Notes under the pieces: model-generated
Database searches by the model: none
Told to the model about the DNA's origin: nothing
What the model saw: only the letters and a program-made list of their open reading frames with translations
Position numbers and translations under genes: made by a program
Assembly: GCA_020137815.1 (NCBI GenBank)
Contig: CM035355.1
Location: 5,270,001-5,334,000 of the forward strand
Direction of reading: 5' to 3'
Length of the DNA: 64,000 bases
Source of the DNA: Hormiphora californensis
Taxonomy: Eukaryota > Animalia > Ctenophora
Part shown: in pieces, positions 1-12,700 of the stretch
Layout of the letters: each line of letters starts with the position of its first letter
Position numbering within the stretch: the first letter of the stretch is position 1

Positions 1-580
1 TATACCCGATGCTATTGAAGAAAATATCAATGAAACCAAACATGATTTTGTCCGATATTTTCGGGGGTACATATAACTCCTCAACTGTACAAAGTTAATT
101 TCTCGAACCTTCCTATATTGCACCACATATTTTAGGATGTTAACAGATCGGCTATATCCCTCCAGGTAGGAATTTAACCTTCTAGGGCACCCATTTCAAT
201 AGTAGCATCTGATCCCACCATCTTCCCATTTCAATAGTAGCATCTGATCCGCCACCCAAAATAAAAGCCTGATAATTTATCCTAGTCACCTTGAAAAAAT
301 TCCTAGCATTCATCCCATACCGCGTCACAAAGCAGTAAAGAGCAGTATCCAGGAAAACACCTGTCACATCAAGTTTCAGCCAACCCCTCCTTAACTCTCA
401 TCGCCAGTATAGTAGTCGTACAAAGCAGAATTTTTAAAGTGGCCTTCTTTATACCACTGTTTTATAAAACGTATGATCCCGATTCATCAAAAATTGTAAA
501 CACACTCTCAGTTACCTAAAACCATCAACATTTTGGATTTAATTAAGATAAATGATAATTTGTTATCTCTCTCTCTCCAG

Positions 581-2050
581 GATAATATGTCGCTAAAGAC
601 GCACGGTATTGTCAAACTGGTTTACCTACAAATGCTGGGATACGACATGTCCTGGGCTAATTTCACCACCATCGAGGTAAGTAGTCTATTACAGTGGTAA
701 ATTAACTGGTAAGTTTTTAGTTCAGTGGGGCTTATAACTTTGTAGAGCTGCGATTACTTACAAATATATGGCTCATACAACTACGGCTCATAGAATTGCG
801 ACTGCGGATATAATGAGCCATAAATGTAGGAACCATGTCACTTGTGTATTTACCACCGACTTTAGTTACCAAGATAATAATCTAACTCTTGCCAGCTGTA
901 ATCTCTTTACCCCTCAACAACCCCGGCCCCCCTTTACTCCCCCCACAAACACTCTCTGACTTCTTCCCCCGTCATTCTCCTGATCCCCCATTTTATCTAG
1001 TCACCTCTTCCCCCGTCATTCTCCTGATTCCCCATTTTATCTAGTTACCCCTTCCCCCGTCATTCTCCTGATTCCCCATTTTATCTAGTTACCCCTTCCC
1101 CCGTCATTCTTCTGATTCCCCCATTTTATCTAGTTACATCTTCCCCCGTCATTCTCCTGATTCCCCCATTTTATCTAGTTATCCCCCCCCCCCAGGTGAT
1201 GAGTGCGTCCAAGTTCACCTACAAGAGAGTGGGCTACCTGGCGGCCAGCCAATCCTTCCATGAAAACACCGACCTGCTCATGTTGGCAACCAATATGATA
1301 CGAAAAGATCTATGCAGTGTAAACCAGTACGAGAGCAGTCTGGCACTTTCAGGTAAATTGTTATAATATTGTAACCCAATTCTCTACGAATGACTAATAT
1401 GAGTTACAAGAGTCTAAGAGATAGCAGGGTTAAAAGACTACTACGGTTGCACACAAGAACCCACACACAAAAAGGAGACCCTTTGGGACTTTCCATCTCC
1501 TGACTCAGCTCTTTTCTGATACAGTCCTCAATATAATGTGCATGTCCAGATGAAGGATCATATATTTATTACAGAGCTGCTGCAGCTGTCTGACAGGTGC
1601 TACACTATAGCGCTCATGATACACTCTCTCCCATTGCCCCCTTTGTAAACGCAAGAAATTTTCAAAGTAAAACAATAGTTCTTAGAATCAGCAAAACATT
1701 TCGAATTTATTTGTAATCCAATCACAGCTGCACAGCTCCTTGGTTACGAAGTCACCCCTATTATTGCATATAGCTAGCGCAGAGGGGGAATTTCATTACC
1801 AACACAGCTCCAAATTGAGAGTTCTGTCAAAACTTTCCGCTCTTTTAATCCAGAAATTAAATTGTAATTCTCTCTCTTTCAATTCTTTTCAGAGATCTAG
1901 TTAGTTGTAATCTCCCATGGGAGATTGCTTGCACAGTTTGATCACTAATTGATCTTCCAGTTAAATACATGCACACACACAGAGCGCCACATCTGGACTG
2001 CTTCTTTCCCCCTTTTCTCTCTCTAGCTCTCTCTCTCCATTCTTTCTCTC

Positions 2051-2130
<80 letters not shown>

Positions 2131-2521
2131 TCACTCAAGTCAAAACGAGGTCTACCATGGCGAAGGAAGTAATTAAAAGTGTATACACGCCCTGACACAC
2201 CCATAAATATAATGAACCATGTGTTTTGTATTATAACTTCGAGGGCGTTCTCTTGAGTTGGCAGCTATGTGGGAAAGAGGGGGGTTCGTTAACTTCGAGG
2301 GCGTTCTCTTGAGTTGGCAGAGCTATGAAGGTTAGATCGGGTTAGATCGAGGGGTGGGGGATCGTTGGATTACTCAATCCCGATACTAAATCTTCTTTTT
2401 CTAAGATCTATCTCTCTTTCTCTCTTTGCTTGAATACCCCCTTGTGTAGTGCGGTTTACCAGATGGGGATTGGATTTGTGCACACAGCAAATACACAGAT
2501 TATGCACTGAACTGCAGACTT

Positions 2522-2588
<67 letters not shown>

Positions 2589-2589
2589 A

Positions 2590-2638
<49 letters not shown>

Positions 2639-3494
2639 TTTACGTGTAACTTACACATAGTAGCTCAGTAAAACATGTACACGGATGTTTTGTGAAAATC
2701 AAGTTAACTAGAAAGTCAATTAATCCGATTTTGACTCACTACGATTAACCACGGACACCAAAGATTGTCAACTGCATCTGCATTCCAAATATCCTCTTCT
2801 TCTTCTTCGAGTGTCGGGTGTGAAACCCTAAAGAACTATCGCGACTTTCGTCATTACGATTTGGTCGACAATGTGTGAGTGATCTTCCCTTGTTATGTGC
2901 GGAGAAAGAGGGTCAAGACAAATCTCCACGACTCTGATCACTTCTCTTTCCAGTCAATATACTACACATATCTATAGAGTGTAGACTATAGAGTGACTGT
3001 ACTGGTACAGCCAATATATAAGATTGTTACACACATACACATGATGAAGGGGTGGGTCTCACACCAGGTGTCCCTAGCTCTCCTCCTTCCTCATCCTCCT
3101 GGTATAACATGTGATGATGGGAAACAAAAGTGTTCATAACAGCCTCTCAATAGACTTAGTGAGCCATGATACATTGAGTCATAGTCAAGGGGTAGGCACT
3201 TTCAGAAGTTTGGGGGTACTTTAACCATTTCTCTCCCCTCCAGGATGCTAACCACCTCTCTCCCCTCCAGGATGCTAACCACTTCTCTCTCCCCTCCAGG
3301 ATGCCAACCACTTCTCTCTCCCCTCCAGGATTATCATGTTTCGTCAGCCAGGAGCTAGCCCGGGATCTCAGTTCCGATATCATGACACTGATCTCCTCAA
3401 CCCGGCCATTCATCAGGAAGAAGGCCATTCTAACCATGTACAAGGTACGTGATCTTAGAGAGAGAGAAAGTGGGAGGTACAAGGTACGTGATCT

Positions 3495-3548
<54 letters not shown>

Positions 3549-6500
3549 TGGGGGAAGGTACAAGATATTAGATACGTGATGACTGATGGGGCGTGGTTAG
3601 AGAGGGTCGAGTAAGTCAAGGTACAAGGTATGTGGTACGTGATGGGGCACTTGTTCTGTGTACAAGTACAATGTGTAACCAGCTAAAATAATACATCTTG
3701 CATAATCAACAATGTGTAATAATTGCCTAATATGTGTAGATCCTTAGTCTTGTTAATTGTTAAAAACAATAAAAAGGTAAGCTACGTACTGGCCGCTACA
3801 GTTTTATTCTTGTTTGGAGTACTTGAAAGATCTATACTGGATGTTTGTAACTATTCTACCTCATTCGTTAGTTAGTCTGTCTGCGTGTGTGTGTGTGTGT
3901 GTGTGTGTAGAAAGTAAGTAGAGTAAAGATCTCCAGTCTGAATTGGCTTGGGTACAGAGAGATCTAGAGAGAGGGGGTGGGGAATCTCAGAAATATTACA
4001 GCATCATAGTGTCACATCGTTATTTTCCACATCCTAATGTAACGCATTATAGATGATAATTTCATAGTCTTCTCCGTGCTAACATTTGTCACTCCCTAGT
4101 CCCTGTACATTATTTATCATTGGAAATCCTGCACATTTAACCATTAACTGGCGTTTTGCCCAATTGCTATTTCTGACACTGAGTATTTGTCTCCCCAAGA
4201 AAATTCAACAAGCGGTATTTTATTTCACTCCTTATCACCCTGTAAATCATGAATTTTATGTGTCTTTTTGGCATCCCCAAACACGCACACTGTTTTCACC
4301 TTCCTATATCTGGTTTCCAAGGTAACCAGAAGGCAGAGGTAGTCTACATTCCATAATATTCATGTTTAGTTTATACCAAAAAGTATAAGAAACAGTAAAT
4401 TAACCTCTCATTTCACATTTCAGGTACTGCTCAAGTTCCCAGATGCGCTCAGACCAGCGTTCCCCAGAATCAAGGAGAAACTGGATGATCCAGATCCTGG
4501 AGTACAGTGCGCTAGTGTAAATGTGATTTGTGAATTGGCACGGAAAAACCCAAAGGTACGTTGTTGTGAGATTATTTATAAAACTGGCAGTAGAATTATT
4601 AAGTTTAGGCCTTTTCCGCAGCCTCTCCATTTAACAAAGCTGCTTTTTCAGAGGGCTAAATTTTAGAATTACAAATATCTTCTCCCCTTCCAGAACTATA
4701 TCTCGCTAGCTCCGGTCTTATTCAAAATGCTCAACTCATCCTCTAACAACTGGATGTTGATAAAAGTTATCAAACTGTTTGGGTCTCTAATGCCGGAGGA
4801 GCCACGGTTATGTAAAAAACTTGTGGAACCTCTTACTCAGATTATACACAAGTAAGGATTACAGAATTGGAGAAACTTGATAATTCGCATTTTTTCGTAA
4901 TGATTAAATAAAATCAAAACCCACTTTCAGTACGAACGCCATGTCGCTGCTATACGAGAGTATCAATACACTAATAACGGGTGTTCCAGACCACATACCC
5001 TCCATCCAACTTGCAGTACAGAAACTTAACATCATGCTGGATGACTCGGATCAGAATTTGAAGTATCTGGGATTGCTGGCCCTTGCCAGGATCCTGAAGC
5101 ATCACCCGAAATATGTGGCTCCCATCAAGGAGAAGATCATCAAATGTCTCGATGACAAGGACGAAAGGTAAAGGTGTGGGTATTGGGTAATGGGTACGGG
5201 AGATAATGTGAAGGATTAAAATTTTAAAAGGTCGTTTAAAAAACAATTAAACTCGAGACGCGATCTGCTAACCTAACCACTTCTCACAGTATGACCTGCT
5301 AACCACCTAACCACCTCTCCAGTATTCGGAGAAGAGCGCTAGACCTAGTTGTGGGTATGGTCAGTAGGAAGAATCTCCCAGAGATCGTCAAGAAACTGGT
5401 GGAACATGTGGACCTGTCTGAGAACACTTCATTCAAAGAGGTCGGTAGTGAATTAATTAGTTAATTAGTCGCGCTAATTGGTTGAAAACATGTCGTTTTG
5501 TTCGTTATTTTTTAGTTTCTTGATGGGGAATAACCCCACGACCCCCTCTCAGGAGCTGTTGCGGAAGATAGTGGATATTTGTAGCCAGGGCAACTATCAG
5601 TACATTTCCAACTTTGAGTGGTACCTTACCGTTCTAGTGGAACTCACAAAACTAGAAAATACCAAAGAAGGACGGCGGCTGGCGAACCAAATGCTGGATG
5701 TTTCCATTCGAGTGAAGGCTGTGCGGCCGTTTGCGTTGAGACAAATGAGTGTTCTGATTGAAAATTTGGAGAAGTTTTCAAAGAGTGAGAAGGATGGAAT
5801 TTGTGAAGTAATCTCTGCAGCGGGCTGGCTTGTTGGAGAGTTCCACGAACATCTGCAAGACAAAGAAAAGGTAGGACTCGATTTTAAAACTTTAAAAGAA
5901 CTTCAATTTCTATTTCATTTGTATTGGCATTACAAACTCTCCCTCCCTCAGGTGCTGCGTGACATCTTCAGCGCCAAGGTCCTAGACCTTCCACCCCACA
6001 TCCAGACGATACTTGTCCAGGCATCCATCAAGATCTATGGCAGCATTATAACTGATAACGAGACGCTGGGAGCTGACGAGGATTCTAAAGCCCTGGGAGA
6101 ATTCTACCTCTCCAAAATCACAATGTTCACGGATAGCAATGATTTGGAGGTCCAGGAAAGATCGTGCTGTGCCCTGCAGCTTGTAAAGTGTCTGGTGAAA
6201 CTACAGGCCAAGGGTGCGGGTGTGGCTGCTGAACTGATGGACTTGTTTGCTGAAGATCTGAACCCCGTGGCGCCCAAAGCCCAACGAAAGGTCCAAGTTC
6301 CCGAGGGACTAGATCTGGATGTGTGGATTTACCCTCAAAAAGCATCTAAATATTCAGATGATGAGGAGGATGGTAACCCGGTGACATTCGGTGGAAACTC
6401 TCTACCCCAACAATCAACATTCTCCTCTATGCAAGGTTTCGGCAGTGAATCCGTAGCTTATCCGCAGGCTACAGGGGTCAGTTACCAAGAGCCCACAAAT

Positions 6501-8072
6501 GAGGAAATTAAAAACGCCCGGGAGCAGAGGGAAAGTCAGAACAAGACAAATCCGTACTATCTCCAAGGATCGTTGCCTTCCAACAAAACATCGACTGTGG
6601 AGCGGAAGCAGGAGATGAACATCAGTGACATTCCTGTGTCAAGTCTGACACTAGACGTGCCGTTACGAGTTGAGAAACCCTCTGGTAAGAAGGGTAAGAA
6701 GAAGGGAGGTAAGAAGGGAAAGAAAGGAAAGAAGGGAAGGAGAGTTGAGGAAGAGGAAGAAGAGGAGGAAGATTTGGGTCCTGTTGTTGAGGTGCTAGCG
6801 GTTGAGATGCCAGAGGGTGCTCAGGAGAGTGACGAAGAGGGTGATGGGAAGTTAGATCCGAATGATCCCCATGCAGCCCTAAATATTGATCTATCAGCTC
6901 CATTTAGAGAGTCAGACTACATCCAGGCTCCCGTCCCATACTCCCAATCTACTGCTGCTCCTGCTAAACTGGCTGTCGCACCGACCAAACCCGCTAAGAA
7001 GAAGAAGAAGAAGAAGTCAGCTGAGGCTGCTGCGGTGGAAAAGAAGAACGAAGAGTTGTGGGATAAGAAGAAGACGTTGAAGGATATCGTAGCGGAGGCT
7101 GAGCAGAAGACGGCTATAGCGAATTACAGGTTACCAGAGGAGACAGATACTACATCACAGTCCATCAGCGATTGGTTGAACGAACGAAAACCAGGGGAGG
7201 GACCCCCTCCTCCCAACTCCAAACCGAAAAAGAAGAAAAAAGTTAAGGAGGGAGCTGAACCAACTGTGAAGGGGAAGAAGAAGAAAAAGAAGAAGGGGAC
7301 AAGCAACAAAGAAAACAATAATGGGAACAACCTCCTACTAGAAGATCTTGAAGATGACCCTGTTGTTAATGGGGTCACCCCTACACCAGGGGTATTGTTA
7401 GCTGAGGACAACTGTTTGTGTCTCCGGTACCATCCCCATACACCCTCCCACTCGAACCTCTCCCTCTCGATTGACTTCTCAAATGTGGGTCTCTCCAAAA
7501 TCTCCTCCATCACTCTGGATATATCTGATAGTATCAATACCAAGCTGGTGAGGCAGTCAGGCGCTGGGGGTCTCAATGTTCCCTTTCAGCTGGCTGGGGG
7601 CCAGACATCATCCTATACAATCTCCCTAACCCTACAAACGGTGTATGTGACACAGCGGCTAAAGGGGAATGTCACATACTTTGTGGATCGGGACGGTGAT
7701 AGTCGCGAGGAGAAAATGGTAAACTTCTCCCTCTCTCTCGATCTCACCCACTTTATGGTACCTAATGTGACGTGCTCGATCAAGAAATTTGAAGGTGTTA
7801 TGACGGAGGGACGGTTAGATAAAAACAGCGCTACAACCATCCCCCTTCCCGATCTCCCACCGCCGGATTTCATCGCCACGTTTTGCAGCCGATTTAAAAT
7901 GGCAGTGGTTGAACAGGTGGGAGGTGCGGCATCGCTTTACGGGTGTACAGTACGGAGTGATGAGATTTGTGTGCTTCTAAAGTTTAACGGCTCACTGACT
8001 GTTAATGTAAAGGGTAATGACCAATTATTAGTTAACAGCTTTGTTGACCTTGTCAATTCGACAAAGTTTTGA
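581..8072 (+). CDS. AP3D1: AP-3 complex subunit delta (delta-adaptin), 5'-partial, 9 coding exons in window
   Basis: Exons read by eye with AG/GT boundaries and consistent phase: 581-676, 1196-1352, 3329-3444, 4424-4555, 4694-4851, 4931-5167, 5323-5440, 5553-5870, 5952-8072. The spliced protein has delta-adaptin motifs KLVYLQMLGYDMSWA, VMSASKFTYKRVGYLAASQSF, LRPAFPRIKEKLDDPDPGVQ, DSDQNLKYLGLLAL, NYQYISNFEWY and LNPVAPKAQRKVQVPEGLDLD, then a Lys/Glu-rich hinge and an ear domain. The N-terminal ~50 aa lie upstream of the window. Confidence 0.96.
960..1190. repeat. ~45-bp intronic minisatellite, about 5 copies, abutting the AP3D1 acceptor at 1194-1195
   Basis: Unit CTTCCCCCGTCATTCTCCTGATTCCCCATTTTATCTAGTTAC repeated directly. 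Confidence 0.9.
2030..2636. repeat. Two (CT)n microsatellite tracts in an AP3D1 intron (about 2030-2124 and 2521-2636)
   Basis: Direct reading. These tracts generate the spurious ERERE/LSLSL ORFs. Similar tracts occur near 3497, 9686, 16381, 17720, 25520 and 39740-40310. Confidence 0.95.
3222..3510 (+). repeat. Tandem copies of the acceptor (4x ~28 bp) and donor (2x plus degenerate copies) flanking AP3D1 exon 3329-3444
   Basis: AACCACTTCTCTC(TC)CCCTCCAG|GAT x4 upstream. GTACAAG|GTACGTGATCTTAGAGAGAG at 3438 and 3477. Confidence 0.9.
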
Positions 8073-8914
8073 GGGTGAGTTAGAGTTCTTTAAATTTGGA
8101 ATTTAATGTTCCTTACACATTGGTTTATCGTTAAAAGATGTATTGAAGGAAATTAAGACATGACGAGGGAAACACGGCTACTAAGCTGGTCTTAGTGTGC
8201 GTGATACTATCCCTCTCTGTGTTTGTGCAGACAAATATGATAAAATATACGCTTTACATATGTTTTTGGGTGGTTTTCTTCTCAATCTAGAGTAACATGT
8301 TTTATACGATAAATAATGTACACATGAATTAATGATATACATTAGAAATATATGCACAATGTATAATGTATTGTCTAGGAGAGGTATGTGTGTTTTTGTG
8401 AGAGTTTTTGGCCTACAGTGTGTTTCCCTGTTTTTTGTGTGTTCTTTCACGCGAAATAAGTAACTGAAATATGTACTACATTATTATTAATGAGTGTGAC
8501 TTAGAAAATTTTAAAATTTGTTTTAAGAATCTTCTGCTTTTTGGTGATATAATATGCTATACATTAATTTATTGTGCGTGAATCTATATCTGTTTTCGTG
8601 TGTGTCTGTGTGTGAGACAGTTCTTGATTGAGAGCGGGAAATGAAGGAGAGATGTGTAGAGGGGTAAAGAGGGGATACATGCGTTATATTCTGTGTTAAC
8701 CGACTGTTGATGATTGTTTGTAAAAAAAAGATGTTGGCACTATTTCGTTTCCCTTTCGATCCATCTTCCCCCCTATCTCTAATCTCTTACTGCAATATAC
8801 CCACTTCCCTGATTACATATTCTCCTTCCCCTGATATAGATTTCTTTCATTAAACTTCTGGCGCTACCAGCCATCAAGATTGACATCTGCCAAATCTGGT
8901 TCAGATTGGGTTCT

Positions 8915-9055
8915 CCTATTGGTATCGAAGACACCTCACACTCAGACACTCAGACACCTCACACTCAGACACCTCACACTCAGGCCGCTTCGCGGCCTTC
9001 GTTTGGCGTGCTTCGCACGCCGCGCCGGCAAGGGAGGGGTAACTTCGTTACCAAG
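8915..9055 (-). mobile_element. Short non-autonomous repeat end with three GNA-triloop hairpins plus a GAGTGT(GAGGTGT)CT-type short repeat; resembles Helentron-associated/DINE-like elements
   Basis: About 75 bp (8978-9053) is near-identical to the reverse complement of 55180-55256. GAGTGTGAGGTGTCTTCGATACCAAT also recurs at 55871. Family assignment is inference. Confidence 0.6.
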
Positions 9056-9452
9056 TTCTCCTACCCCTCCCACCACCACCACTGCTGCAGCAGCACTCCA
9101 CCATCCATATCCTTTTCATGAGAGACCCCCGCGCGCGCGAGTCATCTCAATTTGATGAAAGTTCATCATTTCAGCACTGCTAGTGCGCGCCACCATTTCG
9201 CATCCACTTGGCTCTGCAGTGCAGCAGTTGAGTGAAGATGGCTATCTGCCGAGAGATATTGCTGCAGCCCACAATTTGCCCACGTGTCAGTAACAAACAA
9301 GCCTCCCAATCCCTCTCTAGTTACTTCTCCTTTCCGCCATGACCTAATACCGCACCTACCCCTGTCCCCTAACTCCTCCCGATTCCAGACCCAAACTACT
9401 ATTTCATACCTTCTTAACCCTCTCTCTCTCTCGTTACATAGTAGTATACAAC

Positions 9453-9682
9453 ATGGCTGAAGAAGACAGGATGGTGAAAATGGAGGTGGATTACTCCGAG
9501 ACAGTGGCCACTGTTGTCCCAGAATGTGAGACCCTCGCAGCCAATGGGAAACTAAACGAAGCTCTTGAGAAGTTGTTCTTGTTGGAGAAACAAACACGAA
9601 TGGTATGTCTCCCCACGTGCAGAATGTTAATTTATTAACCTAGCTGCTGCACTGCCCATATCTAGCCTAATTTTCTTTGCTC

Positions 9683-9731
<49 letters not shown>

Positions 9732-12700
9732 TTCTCTCTCTTTTTCTCTTCTTAAACCTATAACCACACAAGCACATCGTGGTGCTCCGTCATATTGACC
9801 AACCTCTCCACAGGCAGGAGACGCCATCTCTAACAGCAACGTCCTTGTATGCGTGGTTGGATGTTGTTACAAGGCTGATGATTGGCCCCTCCTCAAGGAA
9901 AATCTGACAACCCTCTCAAAGAAGAGAGGTCACTTTAAACTGGCTGTCACCAAGATGGTCCAACGAGCATGCGAGATGGTCCCTGAAGTTACCGTGAGTT
10001 TTTGATGGTGGTGTCTTTGAAATTTTAGTTATACACTATTTTGTGAGTTCTGACGAGTGATGATCATATCATTATTTCCAGGACAAAACCAAGAAGCTGG
10101 AGCTCATCGAGATCCTCCGAACCGTGACCGAGGGTAAGATTTATGTGGAAAATGAGCGTGCAAGGATCACAAAAACTCTGGCTGAGATTTATGAGAAGGA
10201 CGATGAGTTGGAGAAAGCCGCTAAGATCCTTCAGGAACTTCAGGTATATATTTCTTGATCTAACCCTTCTTTTATAAAATCTGCTGAGCAAGACTAACGA
10301 TTTCGTGTGGGAAGAACATCGTATTGTTCAATTACGGGGTAGAAATTCACCTAGCTCGACCCCCGATGGGTTTGCAGAAAACAAATGAGAAATATGTAGA
10401 AAGGCATAGTGAACATTTTGTCACATTATTGTACGGCATATTGTTTCACTTTACTTCTTGATAGGTTTCAGCTATCGAAACAGTGAAACATAACAGTATC
10501 TTTCATCCAGATTTTCACACTTCTCTCATCTCCCCTAATCCAACTTCTTTTCCCCTCTGAATCTCATTTTAAAAGCCATTTCCAAGCGAAGTGTTGATGT
10601 GGGATTGTAGAAATTTCCTTTTTTTTCTTCATCACTTTTAATAAAAGTGAGGGAATGACCTCAGAATTTCTACCAACGCTTGGTTCAAACTTCAAGTACT
10701 CGAAATTTTTCCCCCATTCGCTTCGATTCTGTAATTTATAAACTAAAACTGTTAACCCAATACTCAGATGGTTACCTGGTTAATTGTTCCTTCTCACCTA
10801 CACACCCCCATTTCCCCATACGTACCTAACGTCCAATTCCCCCTGCTCATCACCAATCCCCCTACTCCTCAGGTGGAGACCCAATTATCCTATTTATCCT
10901 AAATCCCCCTATTAATTCAGGTGGAAACGTTTGGTAGCATGGAGAAGAAGGAGAAGGTTGAGTTTATTCTGGAGCAGATGAGACTGTGTTACGAGACCAA
11001 GGATTACATCAGGACCTCCATTATCAGCAAGAAAATTAGCACCAAATACTTTGATTCCAAGGTTTGTTAACAAATCACAGTTACAAATCATATGATAGCT
11101 TTTTCTGATTCCAATCGTAAAAGTCAGGAATAATATCTAAAAGCACACCCAAACCCCTGACAGTTTCTGATTTCAATTGTGTAGGTAAGTTTTTGAAAAT
11201 ATAACCCCCAACTCAGGATACCGATGAGCTGAAGATGCGGTATTATCGTCAGATGATCGATCTCAACCTGCACCACAAGGACTACCTGGCAGTTAGTAAG
11301 AACTATCATGAGATCTACACCACACCTGCTGTTAAAGAGAACGATGAACAGTGGAAGGAGGTAAGATACAGGAAATAAACCTCTAACACAGCGGAGGTGG
11401 TGGTCCGTGAATAATAATCCCTTGTCTCACGACACTATATTATTCTGCCCAGTGTCCTTGTCCCAGCCCTTTATCCTGGGGCCGTCCAATATAAATCCAG
11501 ATTAGTACAATTATTTAACTGGAAAACATGAAATGGTAAAACATTACAATGGGTTATAAATCTCAGAAAATATACTTCTCATGTGTTCCACTCAGAATGT
11601 GTCTCTCGCACTGTCTTTATTCAGGTCACTTCCTCGAATATCTCTCACTCGTTATCTCTAGACATACTTTATAGAGAGACTCTAATACCAAAGAACTCTG
11701 GTACTGAAATCGTCTTTTTGCTAACAAAATATACACCTGTTCACTCAAAGACACGTCTCCGTACTCCAAGGCAATAAATTGCTTGACAGCAAACTCTCGA
11801 CCCCTCTTTAAGTTCGGCACACTTGGCAGCCAAATTCCGACACTGTGATTGTCTTTTATTATAACTCTCCGCATTCTTTATCCCCTTGTGCCTGTCACAT
11901 CTCCGGGCCTCAAACGCCTCAGGTAGGCATCTGTTTTGGATGCGCTCTACCGCTCGGTCTAGATTACACTCCTTTTTATTGCCTCCCTCTTCCACTTCAT
12001 CTGTATCACCACCCTCTGTATCACCACTCTCCGTATCATCACCCTCCGTATCACCATCTGCATCCTCTGTCTCATCGATCTGAGAAATCGTGGAGTTTCC
12101 ACCATCAGGAACAGAGGAATCTCCACCCATATCCACCTCCTCCTCCTCATTCACAATCACCTCCACAATAGATGGATCACCAACCTCCTCTGGAACACTC
12201 AGCTCCCTAACTTCCTCATCTGGGGTTGCCATGGTTACAACACCAGTCTGGTCGGTAACGATTTCTGTTTCATCAGTGGGGGTCAGGAAGGTTTCTCCAT
12301 CTTCTTCCTCATTGATGATGCTGTTAGTGGGAACCTCAACTTCCGGGGCAGCTTCAGTTCCTTCAATATTAGTACCTTCAGAGTTATCAGCTTCGGGTTC
12401 GGTTTCTGTTGTGTCGTCATTTGATTCATCAGATTCATCCTCTTCATCGGCTCCTTCTGTTTCATCCTTTACTACTGTTTCATCAGATCCTTCATATGCA
12501 TCTTCTACCTCAGTTTCAGTTGTTTCTACCTCAGTTTCTGCTTCAGTTTCAGTGCTTTCAGTTTCCGTTTCTGAAGGTGTGGCGTCAGATTCATCATCCA
12601 CCACTGAGTCATCTTCTTCTGGTTTCACCTCCTCTACAGCAGCAGGTTCTACTTCACTCTCCGCTTCAGAAACTTCTATTTCATCTTCGATATCTTCCTC

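Noticed and set aside
1857-2649. ORFs rich in ERERER or LSLSLS (also near 3156, 9627, 16334, 17678, 25524 and 39613)
   Set aside because: They are translations of (GA)n/(CT)n microsatellites in introns.
2795-2960. Possible retroelement 3' end with (GAA)n tail or hammerhead ribozyme
   Set aside because: No TSD, coding motif or complete hammerhead core (CTGANGA...GAAA with stems) could be identified.
5478-5552. N-terminus of the 864-aa ORF as a start of translation
   Set aside because: This is intron sequence. Delta-adaptin homology begins at the acceptor at 5553 and continues from upstream exons.
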